Shown one piece after another: positions 28,373 through 37,812 of a stretch of DNA of 64,000 nt (position 1 is the stretch's first letter; every line of letters begins with the position of its first letter). The notes under the pieces were generated by a model that saw only the letters and a list, made by a program, of their open reading frames with translations, searched no databases and had not been told where the DNA came from. The stretch spans positions 27,967 through 91,966 of the forward strand of contig CAJTZM010000009.1 of assembly GCA_910583935.1 (NCBI GenBank), read 5' to 3'. This DNA is from an uncultured Oscillospiraceae bacterium. Its GTDB lineage: Bacteria > Bacillota > Clostridia > Oscillospirales > Ruminococcaceae. A program made the translations under genes and the position numbers.

Positions 28373-29287
28373 ATGACCTTGATGATAGGCTCTTTGCAGC
28401 TGGGCTGCATCTACGGGCTGCTGGCGGTGGGGGTGTACCTGGCCTTTCGCATTCTGGATATTCCCGACCTTTCGGCGGAGGGGACCTTCACCTTTGGGCT
28501 GGCGGTCTCCGCCGCGCTGACCGCAAAGGGACACCCGCTTTTAGGCATCCCCATGGGATTTCTGGCCGGCTGCCTGGGCGGAGCGGTCACCGGCTTTTTG
28601 CAGACCAAGCTGCGTATCCACCCGATTTTGGCCGGTATTCTGACCATGAGCGGCCTGTACTCGATTAACCTGGCGATTATGGGCTCCAGCTCCAATATCT
28701 CCCTGGTTGGGCTGGACACTTTGTTTCGTATGACCTTTGCCCTGTTCCCCGGCGCCGACAAGGAGCTTCTCAAGCTGGCGCTGGCGGTGTTGTTCTGCGC
28801 GGCGGCTGCAGCGGTGCTGGTCCTTTTCTTTAAGACCCACATCGGTCTTTGCATCCGGGCCGCAGGGGACAACGAGGATATGGTCCGCGCCTCCTCCATC
28901 AACGTGGATTCCACCAAAATTCTGGCGCTGGCCATCGGCAACGGATGCATCGGCCTTTCCGGTGCGCTGCTGGCCCAGTATCAGGGCTTTGCGGATATCA
29001 GCTCTGGCATCGGCATTGTGGCGGTGGGCTTGGCCTCGGTGATCATCGGAGAGCGGCTGTTCGGCCAGCGGGGGGTGACCTGGGGTCTGGCGGCCACCAT
29101 CGCCGGTTCTATCGTCTACCGGCTGATCATCGCGCTGGCTTTAAAGACCAGCCTGTTTCCTGCCTATTTTTTAAAGGTTGTCTCGGCGGTAATCGTGGCG
29201 GCGGCCCTTTCCATCCCGGCGATAAAGGAAATGCTTGCCCGCAGAAGGATCAAAAAGGAGGGACTTGCCCATGCTGTACATCCGTGA
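28373..29287 (+). CDS. ABC transporter permease (branched-chain/BPD_transp_2 type)
   Basis: Polytopic, IYGLLAVGVYLAFRILDIPDLSAEGTFTFG. Confidence 0.9.
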   Translation: MTLMIGSLQLGCIYGLLAVGVYLAFRILDIPDLSAEGTFTFGLAVSAALTAKGHPLLGIPMGFLAGCLGGAVTGFLQTKLRIHPILAGILTMSGLYSINLAIMGSSSNISLVGLDTLFRMTFALFPGADKELLKLALAVLFCAAAAAVLVLFFKTHIGLCIRAAGDNEDMVRASSINVDSTKILALAIGNGCIGLSGALLAQYQGFADISSGIGIVAVGLASVIIGERLFGQRGVTWGLAATIAGSIVYRLIIALALKTSLFPAYFLKVVSAVIVAAALSIPAIKEMLARRRIKKEGLAHAVHP

Positions 29288-30065
29288 TCTTTGTAAGGTG
29301 TTTGCGCCGGGAACCCCCAACGCCCATACAGCGCTGGATCATCTGAACCTGACCTTGATGCCCGGCGAATTTGTCACCGTGCTCGGCTCCAACGGAGCTG
29401 GGAAATCTACCCTCTTTTCCGCCATCGGCGGCGGTTTTTGGGCGGACAGCGGCAGTATCTTTTTAGATGGAGAAAATATCACCTATCTGCCGGAATATAA
29501 GCGGGCGGCAAAAATCGGCCGTTTGTTTCAGGATCCCATGAAAGGGACGGCCCCCCACATGACCATTGAAGAAAATCTGGCTTTATCCTACTCTCGAAGC
29601 CGCCGGCGGGGCCTTTATCTGGCGGTATGCAAAAAGGATCGGGATTTTTTCCGGGCAGCGCTGTCCGAATTCGGCATGGGCCTGGAGGACCGTATGAACG
29701 CCAAGGTAGGACTTTTATCCGGCGGGCAGCGGCAGGCGCTGACCTTGTTAATGAGCACCATCGTGCCGCCAAAGCTTTTGCTTTTAGATGAGCACACCGC
29801 CGCTCTGGATCCGGCGACCGCCCAGAAGGTGCTGGAGATTACAAAGGAAATCGTCGCCAAAAACCAGCTGACCACCATGATGATCACCCATAATATCCAG
29901 TCCGCCTTAACCTGCGGCAGCCGAACCATCATGATGGACGAAGGGCGGATCATCCTGGACCTTTCCGGCGAAGAACGGAAGAAGATGTCCGTTGCCGGAC
30001 TCATGGATTTGTATGCCGCAAAACAGCATAAGACGCTGGACAATGACCGAATGCTGCTCAGCTGA
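29271..30065 (+). CDS. ABC transporter ATP-binding protein
   Basis: Walker A GSNGAGKST, signature LSGGQRQ, Walker B LLLLDEHT. The ATG at 29271 overlaps the permease end. Confidence 0.9.
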   Translation: MLYIRDLCKVFAPGTPNAHTALDHLNLTLMPGEFVTVLGSNGAGKSTLFSAIGGGFWADSGSIFLDGENITYLPEYKRAAKIGRLFQDPMKGTAPHMTIEENLALSYSRSRRRGLYLAVCKKDRDFFRAALSEFGMGLEDRMNAKVGLLSGGQRQALTLLMSTIVPPKLLLLDEHTAALDPATAQKVLEITKEIVAKNQLTTMMITHNIQSALTCGSRTIMMDEGRIILDLSGEERKKMSVAGLMDLYAAKQHKTLDNDRMLLS

Positions 30066-30114
30066 TGCAATCCGTTTGGCAAGGCGTTCAAAGGGACATC
30101 CCCGCAAAAATGAT

Positions 30115-30156
30115 AGAAAAAGAAGGAGAGGGTTTAGGCCCTCTCCTTCTTTTTTC
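30115..30156. terminator. bidirectional intrinsic terminator
   Basis: AAAAA-GAAGGAGAGGG-tttag-CCCTCTCCTTC-TTTTTT, between the ABC operon and the convergent spo0A. Confidence 0.75.
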
Positions 30157-30207
30157 CAAAAAGCCGACAGGCCCTTCCCCATCCGGACAAAATCATGGAA
30201 TAGACGC

Positions 30208-30990
30208 TCAGGATACCTTGAGTGTCAGACGCAGCTTATCGCTTAACATGGCGATAAATTCGCTGTTGGTGGGCTTTCCGCGGGAATTGTGAATGGTATA
30301 GCCAAAATAGGCATTGAGCGTATCCACATCTCCCCGGTCCCAAGCCACCTCAATGGCGTGGCGAATGGCCCGTTCCACTCGGGAGGCGGTTGTGGCAAAC
30401 TTTTTAGCCACCGTCGGGTAAAGCACCTTGGTCACCGCGTTCATCACCTCCGGATCCTTTACCGAAAGCAGGATGGATTCCCGCAGGTAATGGTACCCTT
30501 TAATATGTGCGGGAACGCCGATTTGGTGAATCATTTCAGTCACCATCAGCTCCATATCCTGTCCGCCGGAAGCAAAGGGAACGGTTTTTCCGTTTTTGCC
30601 CTTTTCCTCCTCAGAACTGCTGATCAGCTGTACAATTCGCTCCGCCAAAACCTCGGTATCAAAGGGCTTGAGGAAATAATACCGGGCGCCGGACTGCATA
30701 ACCTCCTTTTGCAGCGCCATATTGTCAAAGCCCGACAGGATCATGAACTGAGGCTGCGGCAGATCCTCCTGATCCCGCACCCGCCGCATAACGCCGATAG
30801 CGTCGCTGTGCGGCATAAACACATCGCACAAAACCGCCTGTGGTCTTTGGGCGACAATCGCTTCGTACAGCGCTTCACCGTCCTTCGGCACCAGAACCGC
30901 TTCTACGCCAAAACTCTTTAACAAACTCGCGCAGGGAACGGCAAATTCCCGGCTTTCATCTGCGATTATGACTTTTCTTGTAATTCCCAT
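30208..30990 (-). CDS. spo0A: sporulation master regulator Spo0A
   Basis: Receiver domain plus the unmistakable Spo0A C-domain ([54 protein letters not shown]). Confidence 0.95.
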   Translation of the reverse strand: MGITRKVIIADESREFAVPCASLLKSFGVEAVLVPKDGEALYEAIVAQRPQAVLCDVFMPHSDAIGVMRRVRDQEDLPQPQFMILSGFDNMALQKEVMQSGARYYFLKPFDTEVLAERIVQLISSSEEEKGKNGKTVPFASGGQDMELMVTEMIHQIGVPAHIKGYHYLRESILLSVKDPEVMNAVTKVLYPTVAKKFATTASRVERAIRHAIEVAWDRGDVDTLNAYFGYTIHNSRGKPTNSEFIAMLSDKLRLTLKVS

Positions 30991-31165
30991 GTCGATGATT
31001 CCTCCAAAAACGTTTTTCCCGCAACATTTTGTCTATCCAAATACTATCACGTTTCCCCTCGACATGGCAATGAATGGACTGCATGAACTTTCTAAGGAAA
31101 GTTTGTGTGGTTTTTTCCCCTTCTTGACAGCGCGTTATGCCTGATTCCGAGCCCTTTCACGCCAT

Positions 31166-31172
31166 TTCGACA
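31166..31172 (-). promoter_or_regulatory. consensus 0A box (TGTCGAA) upstream of spo0A
   Basis: The minus strand reads TGTCGAA about 175 nt upstream of the spo0A start. A one-mismatch copy TGTCGAG lies at 31058-31064. Confidence 0.4.
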
Positions 31173-31289
31173 AAAGACTACAGGGAGAATGTCGGAATCA
31201 GCAGAATTACCTTTGCCCAACCGCGCCGGCAGAGCAAAAAAACGATATACAGGGCCCCTTCCCATTCCAAAAAACCTGTCAGATTTTTC

Positions 31290-33332
31290 CTACCGGCGGC
31301 GGTATTTGGCGGCGCCCAGAACGGCCAGCCCCATCGCCAGCAGCAGCCCGCCCAAAATCGAAAGGCCTTTTACCCGGCTCCAGGAGGTCTGTTCCTTCTG
31401 ACCGGAGGGGGACGAACCCTTCAGAGAAGCATTTTCTAAGAAAGGAGACGGCCGTCCCGACTGTATCGCACCGGAAAAAGCGGGATTTTCCGCAAGGTTC
31501 TGTTCGCCGTCCTGCTCCAAGGCCTCCCCTTGCTGCAGCGGCCCTTGTCCCTCTGCCTGGGGACCGGGCGTCTGCTCCTCCCCGTCCGGCAGTACATCCA
31601 AATCCGGAACGCCGGACGGGGATTCATTAGAGCCCGCCGGTTCCGCCGGCGCAGAGCCGTCAGCCGGCCGTTCCGGACGCTGTCCGCCGGGGAAGCCGCC
31701 GAAGCTCTCTTCGCCTTTGGGCCGGCGTTCTTCTCCAAAACCGCCTCCCATCATGACCCCCATGACGGTCAAATCTATTTCCGAAGTGTCGAACAAAAGG
31801 GAGGGCGCCTGGGCCTGCTCCTCGTGGGTGGCGGGGATCTCACCCGCCAGCTGCCCTAAAACGCTTTCGGCCCTTAGCTGTACTGTCCGGTACAGCATTC
31901 GCGCCGCCGTGTCATATTCCTCGCCGGTGTAAAAGGCGGTGGGATCCGCCGCAGCCAACGAATCAAGCTGAACGCGGACAGTTTGATAAAACGCTTCGAA
32001 CCGGCTGCCGTTTACATATTCCTGCGCCAGCTGTTTTAAATAGGCATGGTATTTTTCCCGGTATTCCTCCCGGTTTAAAATCGCCATAAAAAACTGCCGG
32101 TCATCGGCGGATACGCCGGAGGAAAAGGGGGTGTCCACCGGGAAATGGACGACAGAGGCGGCGTCTCCGGACCCGAAGCCCCCAAAGGCCAGATTATAAT
32201 CCCAGGGGACCAGGCTCAGCTGCCCGTTCTTTTCATAGAGATAATAGTTGTGTGCCATGCTCCCGGTAAGTCCGTCCAGATTAACCACAAAGGTCTGCAC
32301 CGCCAGATACCGAAGCACCCGGTCCACGTCCATCGACTCAGCCAAATCAGTCCCCGCGCTGATATTTTTTAAGGCCTGGACCACCCGCTTATGGTCGCTT
32401 TTTTTGCTGGAAAACACCTGCGAATCCCAGATCACCGAATAATCCTCCAGCTCATCTCCCACATAATTGAGCGCGGCTGCGCGGCCAGAAGAGCCGCCCA
32501 TCTCCCCAAACAAGCCCCGTTCCGGTGAAAAATCTCCCGGAACGCCTTGTGAAAAAGGCGGACCCTCTTCCCCGTCAGGCGGCTGACCACCTTGCGGAAG
32601 ATCCCCGCCGGCAGGGGAACCGCCTTCCAGCCCGGATGGATCCTTCTGGTTGGAAGCCAGCCATTCACTGAAGCTGTCCGGATCTACCTGCTCCATTTTT
32701 CCGGGACCGCCCACTTCCATGCTGTCCGGCTTATACAGCTTGCCGTAATGGGTGCCGTAATTGCGCAGGGCGAAGGACTCCTCCACCGCCTCCAGTGCCA
32801 GATATACCCCCCAGTATTCCCCGTTGACTGAAATTTTGGCGTAGGAACAAAGGCTGGCGGGAACCTCTAAAAAGGAGAACATATCGTAAACAACCGCTTC
32901 TTTCATCATGGTCGCGTCGGCATAGTTGTTGTTAAGCACCAGCTTATCCAGCCCGTGACAGGTCTGCCCCTCCACATATTCATCGAATTTTATCTTAAAG
33001 CTGTACCGGTCCGAGCCGCTGGCGGCCACCATCGAAAGGCTGGTATTCCCTTTAGCGCGGATGCCCACCCGATAGTAGCTTTCCCCGTTCACCGTGATGT
33101 CGCAGCAATAGTATGTTTCCGAAACCGCCATGTCTAAAAGCTCCTGCCACTGGTCCGGATCCATTTGGATCTCCACTGTCATCACCTGCCCGGAGCCGAA
33201 GAGCTCCTGCTGGTAGGACAGAGAAACGCCGGACGAAAAACGGCCGGAAAAAGCGGTGAAAATCCCCAGCGCCAGCACCGCCAGCAGCACCGCCGCCAAA
33301 ATGACTCTGTCCGTCCATCGGTTTGTTGTCAT
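31290..33332 (-). CDS. cotH: CotH-family (spore-coat protein kinase-like) protein with N- and C-terminal membrane anchors
   Basis: RAKGNTSL, DRYSFKIKFDEY, LVLNNNYADATMMKE, LYKPD and WDYNLAFGGF are CotH motifs. Long Pro/Gly/Glu-rich spacer and a C-terminal TM helix. ATG at 33332 follows GGGGGGAAAA. Confidence 0.85.
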   Translation of the reverse strand: MTTNRWTDRVILAAVLLAVLALGIFTAFSGRFSSGVSLSYQQELFGSGQVMTVEIQMDPDQWQELLDMAVSETYYCCDITVNGESYYRVGIRAKGNTSLSMVAASGSDRYSFKIKFDEYVEGQTCHGLDKLVLNNNYADATMMKEAVVYDMFSFLEVPASLCSYAKISVNGEYWGVYLALEAVEESFALRNYGTHYGKLYKPDSMEVGGPGKMEQVDPDSFSEWLASNQKDPSGLEGGSPAGGDLPQGGQPPDGEEGPPFSQGVPGDFSPERGLFGEMGGSSGRAAALNYVGDELEDYSVIWDSQVFSSKKSDHKRVVQALKNISAGTDLAESMDVDRVLRYLAVQTFVVNLDGLTGSMAHNYYLYEKNGQLSLVPWDYNLAFGGFGSGDAASVVHFPVDTPFSSGVSADDRQFFMAILNREEYREKYHAYLKQLAQEYVNGSRFEAFYQTVRVQLDSLAAADPTAFYTGEEYDTAARMLYRTVQLRAESVLGQLAGEIPATHEEQAQAPSLLFDTSEIDLTVMGVMMGGGFGEERRPKGEESFGGFPGGQRPERPADGSAPAEPAGSNESPSGVPDLDVLPDGEEQTPGPQAEGQGPLQQGEALEQDGEQNLAENPAFSGAIQSGRPSPFLENASLKGSSPSGQKEQTSWSRVKGLSILGGLLLAMGLAVLGAAKYRRR

Positions 33333-33347
33333 GGGTTTTCCCCCCAA

Positions 33348-34019
33348 TCAGGACATATATTCGCCGTTGTAGCTGCAAAGGGTTGCGCTCTGCACCCCTT
33401 CCACCGCGCCGATTGCATGGAGAAACTCGGTGGAAGCATCCCGCAGCTTCAGCTCCACCGAAAGCTCTATCCCATTTTGGCTTATGGTTTTGGCCTTGAC
33501 CTTGCTGCGGCAGCCGGCATTTTTTAAAAGATCCATGGCGCCGCTTTCCGCTTTTTCGTTTTCACAGCGCAGCACCAGCATGTAAGGGTCGTCGCCGTAC
33601 CGGCGGTTGGCCAGCAAAAAAAGCATCCCGCCGATAATCAGCGATCCGATCACCGCCAGCGGGATCATCCCCGCGCCGATGACAATTCCGGCGGCCAGCG
33701 CCCAGAACAAAAAGACAATTTCCACCGGCTCCTTGATCGCCGCGCGGAACCGAACGATGGACAAAGCGCCCACCATGCCCAGAGAGAGCACCACGTTGGA
33801 GGTGACCGCCATAATCACCAGCGTGGTGACCATCGTAAGGCCCACCAGGGTCAGCGCAAGTCCCGCAGAATACAGGATGCCGGTTAAGGTCTTTTTATAG
33901 ACCAAATAGATGAAAAGGCCCACCACCAGGGAAAAAATCAAACCGATCAGGGTATCTAAAACCGAGAATTCCGCAACGCTCTCTAAAAAGCTGGATTTAA
34001 AAATATCATTGAAGCTCAT
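33348..34019 (-). CDS. DUF4956-family membrane protein
   Basis: 223 aa with 4-5 TM helices and a C-terminal soluble part. This family commonly sits next to VTC-domain genes. Confidence 0.75.
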   Translation of the reverse strand: MSFNDIFKSSFLESVAEFSVLDTLIGLIFSLVVGLFIYLVYKKTLTGILYSAGLALTLVGLTMVTTLVIMAVTSNVVLSLGMVGALSIVRFRAAIKEPVEIVFLFWALAAGIVIGAGMIPLAVIGSLIIGGMLFLLANRRYGDDPYMLVLRCENEKAESGAMDLLKNAGCRSKVKAKTISQNGIELSVELKLRDASTEFLHAIGAVEGVQSATLCSYNGEYMS

Positions 34020-34098
34020 AAAAAAATCCTTTCCGCCGTTTACACGGTTTTATTATTTTCGAAAACGCCGAGAGGGGCCTTTGTCCTCAACCACAAGA

Positions 34099-34788
34099 CT
34101 ACAAAAACGCCCGGCATGCAGCGTACTTGGAAAAGGCGCCGGTCCGGACCACCCCCAGTTGCAGAGCGTCGGCGATGAAGGAGGGCAAAAATCCGTCGTA
34201 CTTCACCTCCAGGATCATGCGCCCGGCGGGCATGACCGAGACCGCCGCCAAGGGCGGGCGCAAAAATTCCGTGCCGGACAAGCCGCTTTGCAGATCCATA
34301 TCAAAGGTCACCCGCACATTTCCCGCCGGATAGACATACGGCTCCCGTAGATAGGATACCAGCGCTTTGGGCCGCAGGAGCTGGCTTTTCATCCGAAAAT
34401 CCAGCTCCTGCAAAAGCGGATGGGCCTGCGGCGGCAGCCAATCCGCATCTCCCGCCAGCAGCCGGGCACAGTCCTGGGGCAGAATCCGGCAGCCGGTTTT
34501 TAAACAAAGCCCGCCGATCTTTTGCTTTTTTTCCAAAAACAGGTTTTGCCGGTCGTCATTGTACCGCCGCAGACGGAATTTTTCCCGACGGTTCACCCCG
34601 TCTTTCTTTTCCCGCAGCGCCTTATCGCAGCAATTGTCAAAATACAAGCTGTGGATTTGGTACCGCCCGTCTGTAAGGGCGTGGGGATCCTTCTGCATCA
34701 CGGCGGACAGACGCATTCTGAGAGTCTGGTAGGAAAAAAGGTCTATTTCGTACTTTTGCTCATGCCGGAAATGCTTTTCGTTTTTCAT
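34099..34788 (-). CDS. VTC-domain (polyphosphate polymerase-like, CYTH/TTM fold) protein
   Basis: FRHEQKYEI, YQIHSLYFDN, KFRLRRY, LEVKYDG show the beta-tunnel pattern of VTC/TTM proteins. Confidence 0.75.
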   Translation of the reverse strand: MKNEKHFRHEQKYEIDLFSYQTLRMRLSAVMQKDPHALTDGRYQIHSLYFDNCCDKALREKKDGVNRREKFRLRRYNDDRQNLFLEKKQKIGGLCLKTGCRILPQDCARLLAGDADWLPPQAHPLLQELDFRMKSQLLRPKALVSYLREPYVYPAGNVRVTFDMDLQSGLSGTEFLRPPLAAVSVMPAGRMILEVKYDGFLPSFIADALQLGVVRTGAFSKYAACRAFL

Positions 34789-34964
34789 CTGTCTTCCTCC
34801 TTTCTGGCCCTATCTTACGAGAGGATTGTAACGGACGAAAAAACGAAATTTGAAAAAATATCCCTTTTCCCTTGAATTTCTTGTTCACAAATGAAAGCCC
34901 GTATCCAAACAGCAAAGGGCCGGAACCTTTTGGTTCCAGCCCTTTGACCCCAAAGCGAGGCTCT

Positions 34965-36929
34965 TTATTTTGCCTGCACGATTCGGTAATAGGTTTTAGA
35001 GGTTTTGTGATAAACAGCGTAATATACCATTCCAAAGAGCAGTACCGCGCCGGCGGTGCAGCCCAAAAACAGCGGCTGATTGGCCATATTAAAGGCCAAA
35101 AGCAGCTTGCACAGCACGGGAAAAGCCACCGCGATATGCACCACCGCCATCCCCAGCGGGAGAAAGAAGACCAGCAGGACCTGCTTGTTAATGGTGCTTC
35201 GAATTTCCCGATCGCTCAGCCCAACGTTGCGCATGATGCGAAATCGACCATGATCGTCAAAGCCCTCGGTGATCTGTTTATAGTAGATGATCAACACCGT
35301 CGCGATCATAAATAGGCAGATAAAGAAGATCCCCACAAACAAAAGGCTGCCGTAAATCTGGTAAAAATTCTCTCGAGCCGTTTGGGCGGTTTCGGTCCGT
35401 AACAGCCGGGGGACCGACCCCAGCAAATCCTCCCGCAGGGTAGCGTAATATTCCGCCGGCGCCTCCCCTGAAAGATCATAGTAATAGTAGTACAAAAGGT
35501 GGTACCGCCCGCCGTCCATTCCCTCCATTTGCTGGACCAGTCTCTCCAGGTGGGAAAGGTCCGGCAAAACCGCCAGCGCGCCGGGATAGCTGCTGAGCCG
35601 CCCTAGACAGGAGGGCATTTCCACCCGCTCCCGGATTTTATAGGCGGTTCCCTCCAGCCAGATCCGGTCGGTGTCTACCTGCATCTGGGATACCGCCAGC
35701 AGCGTCTCGTCCTGCGAAAGCTCCAGCTGTGTTCCCATCATACGATTGTAGTCATCCAGGGGGATCACATTCACCTCGTACACCGAACCGCTGTAGACCG
35801 ACGAAGCCAAAAAGCTGCCGTCATGATACCCGGCTGGATAGTTGAGACTCGCATATCCCACCTCGTTTTGCAGCGATATTCCGTAGCCTTGGGCATGCCG
35901 GCGGCAGGCTTCGACCAGCTCAGGACCGCTTTTTTCCGTTTCGATTAAGCAGCTGGTCATCATCTGCCGGGGATACTGGACCCGTAGAATGTCCTCCTCG
36001 CCCAAAAACAGGCTGACGGTAGAGGAAAGGGTGACCAGCACACAGGTGGAAAGAATACAGATGTTGGCAAGGCCAACGGCGTTCTGCTTCATCCGATACA
36101 GCATACCCGAAATCGAAATAAAATTCTTTGGCTGATAGTAAAAGCCCTTGTTTTTCCGCAAAAGCTTTAAAAAAAGAATGCTGCCGGCCACAAATAAACA
36201 GTAGGTGCCCAAAATGACCAGAAACACCGCGGGGAAGAAGAAGGAGACCGCATCGGAGGGGGACTGGACGGTAAGAGCCAGCAGATACCCGCCGCCCAGC
36301 GTCAAGAATCCCAGCAGCGCAACGGCCCATTTGGTTTTCGGCTCCCGCTCCCCCTCCTTTTCGCTTCGCAAAAGCGCGATGGGATCGGTGCGGCAAACGC
36401 TTACCACGTCGTAGCACAACAGAAGAAAAAATCCGATTCCAAATAAAACCACCGTTGCGGCTACCTCCCCAAAGGGGATCTGAAACTGCAAGGCCGCCGG
36501 CAATCCCACAATCTTCAGCAAAAGCAAGAACAAAAGCTGGCCGGAAAGTGCGCCGAATAAAATCCCGCACAGAATGCTGGCCGCCCCGGCAAAGAGCACC
36601 TCCCAGATCATCACCAGGCAGATGTGCCGCTTTTCCATGCCCAGAATGCTGTAAAGGCCAAATTCCTTCTTGCGCCGCTTCATAATAAAGCTGTTCACAT
36701 AAAACAAAATCGCCAAGGACAAGATCCCGCAGATCCAGGAGCTTAGCTGAAGCATTGCACCCATGATTTCCCTGCCGCCGGCGCTGCTGGCGGTCACCAT
36801 AGAGAAAACCGAGCGAAGGCTGTAAAACAGCATGACGATTAAAGAGCTAGCCAACAGATACGGCAGATAGATGTTTTTGTTGTTACGGATGTTCATCAAA
36901 GCAAGCCTTGCATAAAAATGTCTATTCAA
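34965..36929 (-). CDS. BceB-type FtsX-family ABC transporter permease
   Basis: About 654 aa, 10 TM helices with a large extracellular loop. N-terminus LNRHFYARLALMNIRNNKNIYLPYLL. TTG at 36929 follows GGAGGGAAAGAGC and overlaps the ATPase stop. Confidence 0.85.
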   Translation of the reverse strand: MNRHFYARLALMNIRNNKNIYLPYLLASSLIVMLFYSLRSVFSMVTASSAGGREIMGAMLQLSSWICGILSLAILFYVNSFIMKRRKKEFGLYSILGMEKRHICLVMIWEVLFAGAASILCGILFGALSGQLLFLLLLKIVGLPAALQFQIPFGEVAATVVLFGIGFFLLLCYDVVSVCRTDPIALLRSEKEGEREPKTKWAVALLGFLTLGGGYLLALTVQSPSDAVSFFFPAVFLVILGTYCLFVAGSILFLKLLRKNKGFYYQPKNFISISGMLYRMKQNAVGLANICILSTCVLVTLSSTVSLFLGEEDILRVQYPRQMMTSCLIETEKSGPELVEACRRHAQGYGISLQNEVGYASLNYPAGYHDGSFLASSVYSGSVYEVNVIPLDDYNRMMGTQLELSQDETLLAVSQMQVDTDRIWLEGTAYKIRERVEMPSCLGRLSSYPGALAVLPDLSHLERLVQQMEGMDGGRYHLLYYYYYDLSGEAPAEYYATLREDLLGSVPRLLRTETAQTARENFYQIYGSLLFVGIFFICLFMIATVLIIYYKQITEGFDDHGRFRIMRNVGLSDREIRSTINKQVLLVFFLPLGMAVVHIAVAFPVLCKLLLAFNMANQPLFLGCTAGAVLLFGMVYYAVYHKTSKTYYRIVQAK

Positions 36930-37689
36930 GCTCTTTCCCTCCCGTCGCCAGCACCGTAAGGGTTTGGGCAATCTGCTGGTACATCTCCTCATTGCGCATC
37001 CCGCCCTTGTGCAGCTGATGGTAGACCACGCCGTCCTTGATGAACAGCACCCGCCCCGCGTGGCTGGCCGCCCGGGCGGAATGGGTAACCATCAAAATGG
37101 TTTGGCCCTCCTCGTTGATCTGCTGGAAAAACTCCAAAAGACTGCCGGTGGCCTTGGAGTCCAAAGCGCCGGTAGGCTCATCCGCCAGCACCAGCTTAGG
37201 CCAGGTGATCAGCGCCCGAGCCACCGCTACCCGCTGCTTCTGCCCGCCGGAAATCTCATACGGAAACTTTTCCAGCAGCTCAAAAATCCCCAGCTTTTGG
37301 GCCACGGGGATCAGTCGTTTTTCCATTTCCGGATAGCTTTTTCGCGCCAGCACCAGCGGCAATAAAATATTGTCCTTTACCGAAAAGGTGTCCAAAAGAT
37401 TAAAATCCTGGAATACAAAGCCCAGGTTGTCCCGGCGAAAGGCCGCCATCTGCCCATCCGGGATGCGCGCCGTGTCCTTGCCGTCCAACAGCACCTGCCC
37501 GCCGGTGGGCTTATCCAGCGCTGCCAGAATATTCAAAAGGGTGGTCTTGCCGGAGCCGGATTCGCCCATAATGGCTACATACTCCCCCTGCTCCACCGAA
37601 AAATTCACGTCGGCCAACGCCTGGACCTGGTTCGCCCCAAACCGGGCCGTATAAATTTTTTTGACATTTCGCACCTCTAATAGCGTCAT
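36922..37689 (-). CDS. BceA-type ABC transporter ATP-binding protein
   Basis: MTLLEVRNVKKIY, Walker A GESGSGKTT, ISGGQKQR, LVLADEPT. Confidence 0.9.
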   Translation of the reverse strand: MTLLEVRNVKKIYTARFGANQVQALADVNFSVEQGEYVAIMGESGSGKTTLLNILAALDKPTGGQVLLDGKDTARIPDGQMAAFRRDNLGFVFQDFNLLDTFSVKDNILLPLVLARKSYPEMEKRLIPVAQKLGIFELLEKFPYEISGGQKQRVAVARALITWPKLVLADEPTGALDSKATGSLLEFFQQINEEGQTILMVTHSARAASHAGRVLFIKDGVVYHQLHKGGMRNEEMYQQIAQTLTVLATGGKELE

Positions 37690-37812
37690 GGCTGCTCCTC
37701 CCTGCAAATAAATTTTCTCTTTTTTTAAGTATAGAGGGAAAATCCCCGCCATTCCATCGACCTAGCTTACATTTGGCCGCTTGTTCCTTACAGTTTTGTA
37801 AGGATAGGCGCT

